Below, in pieces: positions 52,994-64,000 of a stretch of 64,000 nucleotides of DNA. Both the position numbers and the translations under genes were made by a program. The stretch is from Dictyostelium fasciculatum (lineage: Eukaryota): NCBI RefSeq assembly GCF_000203815.1, contig NW_004457713.1, positions 9,358 to 73,357 on the forward strand, in the 5' to 3' direction. The notes below the pieces were generated by a model. It made no database searches. It was not told the DNA's origin and saw only the letters and a program-made list of their open reading frames with translations. Within the stretch, counting starts at the first letter, position 1, and every line of letters begins with the position of its first letter.

Positions 52994-53528
52994 ATCCAAT
53001 CAACCATAAAATAAATATATTTATAATAATAAATTAAAGATGAATATTCATTATAATAATCTATTATTTTTATTATTATTATTATTTTGGGCAGAGTTGT
53101 GTGTTGTATTTTTAGGTTGGTTAACCAATAAATCGCATTTCAATTGATTTTGTGTAATTGTTCTGAGAGAGTTGTGTTTTCGAAACAGGATTGGTGTGGG
53201 TTTCAATTTTTTGTGTTACCATCTATCACAAGAAAACCAAATTGTGTGTGTTGGTTTCCTCCTTTTTTTTTTATAAAGATTGCTCGTGAATGTTTGTGTG
53301 TATCTGTGTGTGACTAGAGTTGTGTAATTCTCTTTAGGTATTTGGATAATAATAATAATAATAATAATATTTTTAATTTAATAAATAATTATTATTCCTA
53401 AAAAAGACGATTTCATTTTTTAAAAATTTTCAAAGATTCTGACAAAGAAGGTTTTTCCCTCGTAGTTAGTTTGCACCTTACCTCATAGACAGATAGATAG
53501 ATATATAAAACTATATAACTAAAATATA

Positions 53529-54292
53529 ATGCAATCTTTAAATGATCAATTAGAACAACTAATAATAGAAAATAATGATATAGAGAATCAACCACCAGAA
53601 CAACAAAATAAAGACACAAATAGTACTGCAGTAGGAACGACTACTACTACTAGTGCAAAAGAGATGAATCATATAATAAGACAAAAAAAGATACAACTAT
53701 TGTTAAAAAGAGAACCTACCAATGTATTGATTCTCGAGAATATAGATCAACAAACAGGTTTCAATGTACAAACATTGATAGAAGAATACCTCGAACAATC
53801 TTGTTTGACTCCGCTTGTGTTGGCTCGTTACATTTCAATACTCAATTCTCTCATATTTGTATTTGCACATAGAAACGATGCTCATCTATCAAAGTTATTA
53901 ATAGAAAGACAACCAATCATTAAAAAATCATTTAACTTGTATTTTGGAAAAGTATGTACAAACAAAAAGAAGAAAGAAAAGGTTATAGTTTTATTAATTC
54001 TTTTTTTTTTTTTTTTAATCTATAGGAATTGTCAGAATCAATCATTCGAAAACATCAACTATTACCACCTTTTGCAACAAGACAATTTTTAATATCACCT
54101 CCTCTTTCACCACCAGAGGAATGGGAAACACCTGGAGATGGACTCGAGGAGGGACCAGAAGATGGTATCGAAAATCATCCATCTTCTTTTTCTGGATTCG
54201 ATCCACAACAACTTAATAGTCGATTACAACTTGTTTATCAAGACCAAACAAACAATAACTTTCCATCTATTAGTGTTGAATTCTGTACATAA
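53529..54292 (+). CDS. rcnA: calcipressin / RCAN-family regulator of calcineurin
   Basis: Exons at 53529..53951 and 54026..54292, with a GTATGT donor at 53952. The calcipressin signature FLISPPLSPPEEW is present in exon 2, and the N-terminus is RRM-like. Confidence 0.8.
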
Positions 54293-54499
54293 ATAATAAT
54301 AATAATAATAATAAATCAATAATAATTGTAATAATAAATAATTAATAACTCTCTGAGCTCAAATCTCTGACCTGCCCCACTCTTCTCTCCTGTGTAATTT
54401 TAAAAATATTTTTGTTTTATTATCAAAGCACAACTCTTATGTCGTTTGATGGAAATATATTGATTGGTTATATACATGAATATTATATTATATATATAT

Positions 54500-56611
54500 C
54501 TATTTTTTAATAGTTGACACTCTAGAAATTCTTGTTGGTAATCTTAACATTGAACTACCAGTAGTGGTGGTGGTGGTGGAAGATGGAGCACTGGTTGTTG
54601 GATCAGATACTGGCTTACTTGAAGTGCTTGATGACAATGATGATGATGATGACGAAAGAGTACTTGGTGTGGCATTGGATCCCACTACTGGTTTTTTCAT
54701 GGATGAAGAGAGAGTACTTGATGTAAGAGTACTGGTTGGACGACTAGTCAATGTAGGTGGGAGCTTTGGTGGTAATCCGCTGGTAGTGGTCGTAGTGGCA
54801 GAGGCCAATCTACTCTTCATCTCTTTGAGATCGGCCAATTTCTTTTTCTTTTCCTCAAGATTAAAGGTACTAGCATTGCTGGTCAATGTGGTCTTTGGAA
54901 TCTATCATAGATAATAATAATTATTATTAGTATTAGCAAAAGAAAAGTTGGTAATATAAAAATATAGATTTTGTTCAACAATATTTACCTTGGGTACTTC
55001 GGTATTTTCTACAGCAGTCGTTGGGGCTGTTGATTGAGAATCGGTAATGGTTCTCTTTTTGAGTTCACTACTAGCAGTTGGCATTACCAATCTTGAAAGT
55101 GGCTTGCTATTTGATGATATGGTCGGCTTTGTCAAAGTACTAGTGGTAGCAGTAGTCTGAGGAGTGGTAGTAGTAGTGGTGGTGGTGGTAGCGGTAGTAG
55201 TGGCACATTTGGACTTTAAATTGGCAATTCTTGTCTTCCATAAATTGTCTACAGACGATGCAGTTGCAGCTGGCTTGGAGGTCTCTTGAGATTCCGATTC
55301 TTCAACAAGCACTTTGGGTGTTTCAACCAACAATTGTTCAACTGTTATTTCTTTAGGTTCCTCTTGTTTAATACGTTCTTCTTGTTCCAATTGGTCAAGT
55401 CTAATCTTTTCAGCTCTTTCTCTTTCCAAACGGTCTTGTTCCATACGTTCTTCTTGTTCCAATTGGTCAAGTCTAATCTTTTCTAATCTTTCTTGTTGTT
55501 CCATACGTTCTTGTTCTAATCTTTCTTGTTCAACTCTTTCTTGTTCCAATTGGTCAAGTCTAATCTTTTCTAATCTTTCTTGTTCCAATCTTTCTTGTTC
55601 CAATTGGTGGAGTCTAATCTTTTCCAATCTTTCTTGTTCCATTCTTTCTTGTTCCAATCTTTCTTGTTCAATTCTTCCTTGCTCCAAACGCTCTTGTTCA
55701 ATACGTTCTTGTTCCAATTGATAAACTCTAATCTTTTCCAATCTTTCTTGTTCCAATTGGTCGAGTCTAACCTTTTCTAATCTTTCTTGTTCCAATTGGT
55801 CAAGTCTAATCTTTTCCAATCTTTCTTGTTCCAATTGGTCAAGTCTAATCTTTTCTAATCTTTCTTGTTCCAAACGTTCTTGCTCCAATCTTTCTTGTTC
55901 AGCTCTTTCTTTTTCAATAAGTTCTTGTTGTCTTTGTTTTTCTTGAATCAATAATACTTTGAAAGATTTCTTTTGGGCAAACATTCTCCAAAGTGATTGA
56001 ATCTTTATGGCAGAGTTTTTGAGCTTGAGGAAATCAGATCTTTGACGATGTGCTCTAAAGGCAGACTGGATCGTGATGGCAGATGATTTCTTTTTAAGAT
56101 AGTTTAATCTGATGGCACGTGATCTAACAGCATTTGTGATAATGGTGGCAGCGTTATCGTTGATTTGATCGGTTTTGACAATTTGAGCTTGACTAGTATC
56201 TTTGAGGAATACTGTCTTTCTTCTCTTTCCCAATTTGTTTGATACTGCAATCTCTTCTTTGGTCACTACACCAAAGAATACTTCATTGTCTACAATATTA
56301 TTTTGTTGTTGTTTTTTAATAATGTTATTATTATTTTGATTATTGATATTATTAATATTGTTGTTATCTCTAAGTATGTTGATATTAAGTTGTTTTTGAA
56401 CATATGATTTCATTGATTCCTTTGAAACCATGGTATTAGGTTCACTATTCTCTTTGTCTTGTTCTAAAAATTTAACTGTTTTACTTGTCATTTTTTTAGT
56501 TATCTCTTTTCTCTTCTCTTCTCTTCTCTTACTTTTTTGATTAAAGAAATAACACACCTCTCGACATAGCATAACATTATTATGTGATGAGACTTCATTT
56601 TTGTTTTTCAT
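54500..56611 (-). CDS. IQ-motif protein with a long [18 protein letters not shown] coiled-coil tandem repeat and an S/T-rich tail
   Basis: Minus-strand exons at 54989..56611 and 54500..54892, with a GTAAAT donor and phase 0. Two or three IQ motifs are present ([34 protein letters not shown]). The true start may be the MTSKTVKF Met at 56491. Confidence 0.6.
55310..55925. repeat. tandem 39/15-nt coding repeat array ([13 protein letters not shown] / ERLEQ units)
   Basis: Near-identical nucleotide units (cttgttccaattggtcaagtctaatcttttc...) repeat about 12 times in the sequence. Confidence 0.85.
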
Positions 56612-57698
56612 TCAACGGTAAAAAGCGCCAAAAAATATTTCAAATTTTTAAATTATTTAATTTTTCATGAACTTCAGAATCAATGGTTCTATTATTATTA
56701 TTATTGTTCATTTAAAAGTCATGTGATAGATTATAACAATAATAATGAATAATAATAATAACAACAATAACAACAATAATCTAGATACAAATAGTAATTC
56801 ATCTTTTTTACTTCAAATCAACAACAACAACAACAACAACAACCAAATTTACAATGCCCAAGATGTCATTTAACGCTAGTAGGATATCATTTAAACTTTA
56901 AAGAGAAATTATATTGTTGTACACAATGCAGTTTCCCCATTGATGATCAATGCATGCAAGACTATATATTTCAACAACAAAATAACAACAACAAAAAGGA
57001 AAAGAAATAATAATTTTAATAGTAATATTAATAGAATAATAATAAAACGCAAGCTCCTATGCACAACAACATTCATCGGTGCACACACTTTACAACAAAA
57101 TGTTTACAATGAAATTTAATTAAAGAAACTTCATTTGAAGTTTATCATAAGATTATTCTTTTGACCTTTGTTTTCCGATCAGGATTGACATGTCCGTGTT
57201 GTTTTGTACCATGGTCAGATTGGGGGTCACATGTCGCCCCTGACACCAAGATATCTTTATATTTTCTGTTTAATAGCACCCATACTCTCAACAAACAGGA
57301 GGTTTATGGGGTAGGGATCTATTGATAGGATATTTATTTATGAAATTTACGATAAAACAAGAAACCCCTATCAACAGAAAACGGAAAGGAAAAATGACAA
57401 CGGAGAAAAAAAAAATAAGATTGAGGGCTTTTCTGACAGTTGTTAAAAATCGATTCGGAAGTTGTAAAAAAAACGTCATCACCTGACGACCTGATACCCG
57501 CAGTGTCAAGAACCCCTACTTTTTTTTTCAACAAGATCTTTGTTGGTTTTTTAGTGATTTTTTTTAATTTTTTTTTAAAAACGAGGAAACGTAAACTGCT
57601 CTTTCCTCCTCCTACGGTGTCCACGATCGCTCTTTATAAAACAAAACTTGTCAACAACTCTTTCACAGTACAGTTATATATATATACAATAGATATAA

Positions 57699-59543
<1,845 letters not shown>

Positions 59544-60516
59544 ATTAATTAATAAATAATTAAATAATTGTCAAAATTAATGTACCTGTACCGATCTTGT
59601 TTTTTGTGGACAGATAATTAAAGTCAGCTATTTGTAGCCACATAAGAAAAAGATCAACTCACAACAGAAACAACTGCTTCGTCAAATATATTTGAATGGA
59701 TCATTACCTCTGAATCAATGCCTTGTCCTTTGTAAAACCAATTTATAATATTTGTTCTTTTTCGGGCTGTTGTGGATAAGGTATTTGTTTAGAGATGGTC
59801 GGGTACAAGAAAAATCTGTGGCAGATTAGGATACCTTTGGGATTTTGGTTTGGCCCATTTTTCTTTTTATTTTTTGAATTTTTTCAAAGCATCTCTATAC
59901 TCGAAATAAAGGTTTGGGTGATCAATTGCAAATTGGTTCTTCATCGTTCTATGTAAATAGAATGAATATACGAGTCACACAATATATTGCATGGTTACAA
60001 CAGACAGTAGATGCCCACTGGTGTGGCATTCTTTGGAGAAATATGATATGGATTAATAGTTTTTCAAGGGAATGATGCACTACCTTTTTTTTGCTTCATA
60101 TTATTCAAGTGATCAATGGATTGACTGATGGATAGATAACCAGTGTAAAAAAACAACATTTCAAATTTTGAACTATGATTCTATGGCAACATTCAAGTGG
60201 GAATCTCAAAATACCATATCTCCACACACTACAAATTAAATTGCAATAATAATCATCAAACCATCATCGGACCAGTCTCGTTTTGGTTTGTCTCGCAAAT
60301 TTCACCACACGTGTTTTATGGAAATATTAGATAAAAACCATTGGAACTGATGATGGTTGAACATCACTATCGTCAGATTAATCATCATCTTTTAGTCATA
60401 CAATCAAGTATACTTTAGGTTATCTATCTATTTATTTATCTATCCACTTTACTTTTACAAGGAAGAGAGAGAGACTATTGATATTTAGTTTAAGAGAACA
60501 TTTACACTTTTATAGG

Positions 60517-60743
60517 TTTATATAAATTCTGACTATCACATTCACATTGGGTACTACTTGTACCACAATCTTATCTTATTAATATACATTAGTGTACATT
60601 CAAAACCAACCTTTGCACTTATCTTTATCACTTGATAAAGAGAAAGAGAAGGGGAAAGAGAGAGATTATAGTAATATTTATATAAATTCTAGCTATCATA
60701 TTCACATTGGGTACTACTTGTACTTATCCTATTTCAACCTTTA

Positions 60744-60774
<31 letters not shown>

Positions 60775-60890
60775 ACATTATCTTTATCGCTGAATTGTAA
60801 CAATATTGAGAGAGAGGAAGAGAAAGAGAAAGAAAAGAAAGAGAGATTATGGTTATATAAAAATATATAATATATATTCACATTCACAAG
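60517..60890. repeat. tandem duplication, 2 x about 161 bp
   Basis: The unit tttatataaattctRRctatcaYattcacattgggtactacttgtac plus an AG-rich tail (gagaaagagaa...gagagattat) occurs at 60517 and again at 60678. It lies immediately upstream of the GC-rich ORF block. Confidence 0.8.
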
Positions 60891-61139
60891 TTGGCCAATA
60901 TATCAACTACAAGAGGTAATTATCAATCAAACAACAAATATCAAATATGATCAACGTCACTAACTTATTTTGTTCAGTACTTTCTTATACTGTTTAGGGC
61001 TTGTCATAGCTAAATTATATATTTTTTTTTCCAACAATGTAAATATTTATTTTATTTAAAAAGAGGTTTTTTTTATTTTTTTTATTAATTTTATTTTTAT
61101 TTTAGGGTTGGTTATTCAAAACAACATCCGGGAATTCTT

Positions 61140-62240
61140 TTGATTTACCGCATCCTTATCAGAAAATGGACTATCGGCGCCACCTGGGACAAATTAATAT
61201 CAAATTGCCCAGCCAGGCACCAAAGTAGCATGACTGCCAATGTCGACATTGCCAATTTCACAGAGGATGACAAGTTTATCAAAATTGGATATATTGGATC
61301 GACTGGCGGTCCTTTTGCCAGATTCAGGGCTCATGCCAGTCCAAATTCAGGTTGTCCCAAAGTATGCGCCGCGATCCAAACGGCCAGATCGTTTATTATT
61401 GAAGTTGTAGATTTTGGACCAAGAGGCCCCAAAGGGATGCTACTGGAGATCAAGCACATCAGAGAAACTGGAATCAGCCAGTCTCTGAATGCAACAACGT
61501 GGATGCCAGAGTTCAAGCCAAAGATGTTTTCGTTTGTATTTTCCGATCGTTCCAATGAAAAAATCCCCGCCCATGGATGTACTGAATATGTGTTGATTCG
61601 TTTTCTTGGCACCCGTATCAAATCTTGTTCATTCCCACAATTCCAAAATCAACTCAATTACCTTTACCAACACATAATGGAGTCATTCCTAAAAAAACAA
61701 TCAATATCATTCATGTTTTTCAGGAGCACAAAACATATAACACTGATAACATTACATCCACATTTCTTCCTCGAGATGTATGGACTTGGGAAAGCAGAGG
61801 AAATTGTGGTCAACATCCAACCTATTATCCAATTCTCTGTATTCAATACAAAGTTTGGTAATAACTCCTTCACAATGTTCCTTGGTCGAGATGGAAACTT
61901 TTATAGAGTGCCAAAGCCAAATATGTTTCACGCTCGTCCCAATATCACTTTGGATGGCCCACTCAGGGATTCAATCACAAACAACAATTTCATCGTGGTT
62001 AGAGGGACACCCGCCATGGAAGGTAGACCCAAGTTAGCAATAGAGTGCATCTTTAACAAGGTGACGTTTATGCCAAACCTCACCAAAGAGCAAACCATCT
62101 CTTATCTGAACCAACTCTCGTCAGAGGAAGTCAAAACAGACTCGTCTCTCCCTGGACTCCACAAGGTGCCACTCCGTTTAAACGGATTCACTTTCTGGAA
62201 AGATGTTTCTGGGTCCAAGACAATCAATTGTTGCCTATAA
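61140..62240 (+). CDS. ORF1 of a GC-rich, codon-atypical locus (366 aa), function unknown
   Basis: Continuous ATG-initiated ORF at roughly 45% GC with gcc/ggc/ccc/cgc codons rare elsewhere in the window. No recognised motif. Confidence 0.4.
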   Translation: MIYRILIRKWTIGATWDKLISNCPARHQSSMTANVDIANFTEDDKFIKIGYIGSTGGPFARFRAHASPNSGCPKVCAAIQTARSFIIEVVDFGPRGPKGMLLEIKHIRETGISQSLNATTWMPEFKPKMFSFVFSDRSNEKIPAHGCTEYVLIRFLGTRIKSCSFPQFQNQLNYLYQHIMESFLKKQSISFMFFRSTKHITLITLHPHFFLEMYGLGKAEEIVVNIQPIIQFSVFNTKFGNNSFTMFLGRDGNFYRVPKPNMFHARPNITLDGPLRDSITNNNFIVVRGTPAMEGRPKLAIECIFNKVTFMPNLTKEQTISYLNQLSSEEVKTDSSLPGLHKVPLRLNGFTFWKDVSGSKTINCCL

Positions 62241-63420
62241 AGTCAACACTAAGATCAAGTGACGATACTTTTAGAGTTTATATTGGAACAAATCTAGATG
62301 AACAAAACATTCTTTTTCGATCAAAGACTTATGACGACGATAAACTTCACCAATGTTCAAAAGAGTGCCCTCTCAATGGAATGCCAATCGATTCCACTTA
62401 TTCTCAAATCGGTCAATGTTTACTGTTACATTATTTCAAATTAGAAAACAAAGTGACCCGCTCCGAACCCATCACAAAGGTATCCAACGAGGACTGGACC
62501 AAATTCCTCCCTAAATATGCAGTTTGTATGGATTCATTTAAGCATCCCCACGACCACCAGAAAGCCAGTACCAAAGCCCCCACCGAGACCAACGGTTATA
62601 TAGACATTCGCAAGGCAAAGAACATTACTGGAGCTATCAAAACAATTACAGCCCACAACAAATTCGATCTCTCCTTGGATCCCGAAACCCAACAGTTATA
62701 CTCTCAATCAAATGTCAATATCTTATGGAAAAGATCAGAGGATACTGATGCTAAAAGATCAGATGTAGCATGCCAGGCAGCCATTTCTTATTCCAACCCG
62801 ATCATTCTATTGTTCCACGGGAAAACTCCACCAACTCTTGAGATCTTTAAGAAAAAGATCAAGTACTCTGAGCACTCGCTTGACTTTTTCAACAAACTCC
62901 AAGACACGCTTAAGATCACATATGATGATGCCATCAAGGTTAGAACCTTCCCCGAGGAATGGGGTACCCCCCTTGAATATGGCCTCGAAAGTCTCAACAT
63001 CCCTCGAGACAACCCAATATACCAAACCAAATTAGAGGTTAACCTCGATGACCTCGAGGAAGATGATCCAAATGACGCGTCTACCCAGAGATTAAAGGTA
63101 TTTCATGATGCATTCTTTGCCTTACAACCACAACAGCCCCAACAAGTACGATACGTTATCGAAAAGACAATGTCCAATCACAATCTTATTGATCCAAATC
63201 AAAATTGTAAGTTTATTCATTTTTTAAAACATTATTATTTGTGTTTTTATTAATTTGTCTAATCTATTTTTATAGTGATGATTGAGAATCTTCATTCAAA
63301 GTTTACCAATAATGGAGTCAACCAAGAAGAAATCAAGAAAAATCTTGCTAATAATATGGATCGTCTTGAGGCCCATATGCTCTCAGCAAATAGAAAACAA
63401 TGTTTAGTTGTGACAATCTA
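62057..63420 (+). CDS. ORF2 of the GC-rich locus in the -1 frame relative to ORF1, with one host-type intron
   Basis: The -1 frame is open from 62057. It overlaps ORF1 by 184 nt, contains no ATG before the overlap, and continues to 63206. A GTAAGT...TTATAG intron spans 63207..63275, and the last exon runs 63276..63420 to a TAG stop. Confidence 0.35.
62177..62183 (+). other. candidate -1 ribosomal frameshift slippery heptamer T_TTA_AAC
   Basis: X_XXY_YYZ is in exact phase with ORF1 (codons TTA and AAC), located 57 nt before the ORF1 stop, and the -1 frame here is ORF2. A possible 7-bp hairpin (62195..62212) lies 11 nt downstream. Confidence 0.3.
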
Positions 63421-63520
63421 GAATTGGGTTTGGACAAGCCACCAGTCGATCATACCAAAACCGTCGACCAACGCCTTGGTGACATATTTGTTGATGAAGA
63501 CGAAGAAATTGGAGTAGACA

Positions 63521-63620
63521 TGGATGATGGTAACTTAGAAAATGACTATGGTCAATATACAACATATAATAACAGTAATAGTATTAATAATAATCAGAAT
63601 AATACTACGAATATTAATAC

Positions 63621-63664
<44 letters not shown>

Positions 63665-64000
63665 GTAATAGTAATAATAATAATATGAGCAATAATAATT
63701 TTTACCAATACTTTGATTATAAAGAAGAAGAAATTAAATCCACCAAGGTGGTCCATAAAGATACCAAAAGACCTCGTCGTCAATCCAATACTGGTCAGCC
63801 CAAGAAAAAATCAAAACCCTCTTCTACTACCACCAACAAGAAACAAGAGGCATTTGGCACCAACAAGAAACAAAAGACCTCCTCCAAGATTGTCGATGTT
63901 TCAGATGAATATGACCAAGAGAATAATAGAAAAGAATACGATGATGATGATGATGATGATGATGAAGACATCTTTGGAGAAGATTATATTAATCAAGTCA
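63521..64000 (+). CDS. N-terminal part of an N/D-rich hypothetical protein running off the window end
   Basis: ATG at 63521 (MDDGNLENDYGQ...) and open to position 64000. Typical low-complexity host composition with a K-rich NLS-like stretch. Confidence 0.3.

Noticed and set aside
59550-63450. Identification of the GC-rich block as a known Dictyostelium TRE5, DIRS-1 or Skipper retroelement
   Set aside because: I see no RT, RNase H, endonuclease or zinc-knuckle motifs and no tRNA gene near the 5' side. ORF2 contains a host-type intron. I therefore left it unclassified rather than naming a family.

Overview
This 64-kb window reads as nuclear DNA of Dictyostelium discoideum or a very close dictyostelid. 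The evidence is the roughly 75-80% AT intergenic and intron sequence, short AT-rich GT..AG spliceosomal introns of 60-140 nt, long homopolymer A/T tracts, and pervasive coding poly-N, poly-Q and poly-S runs. There are no operons, CRISPR arrays, rRNA genes or tRNA genes. About 30 protein-coding genes are packed on both strands. Most could be reconstructed as phase-consistent multi-exon models from the six-frame track. Recognisable products are: glycogen phosphorylase, propionyl-CoA carboxylase beta chain, NDUFV2, a Trf4-like non-canonical poly(A) polymerase, SNAPC3, HMG-CoA synthase, triose-phosphate isomerase, a two-LIM-domain protein, the tRNA adenosine deaminase ADAT1, an MST/STE20-like kinase, farnesyl-diphosphate synthase, calcineurin A, the calcineurin regulator calcipressin about 10 kb downstream on the same strand, zuotin/DNAJC2, a FANCD2-like 1426-aa protein, an IQ-motif protein carrying a long ERLEQ tandem repeat, and a cathepsin-L-like cysteine proteinase with a Ser/Gly-repeat insertion. 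The most unusual locus is at 59.6-63.4 kb. It is a roughly 45% GC block with non-Dictyostelium codon usage, preceded by a 2 x 160-bp tandem duplication. It carries two overlapping ORFs in 0/-1 frames with an in-phase U_UUA_AAC slippery heptamer in the overlap. This looks like retroelement gag/pol-style programmed -1 frameshifting or a foreign, possibly decaying, gene, yet its 3' part contains a typical host intron. Several gene models also show apparent frameshifts or in-frame stops at homopolymers, a GC-AG intron, and intronic or coding microsatellites. Note that the ORF track uses TTG/GTG as start codons, so many listed M residues are not real start codons.
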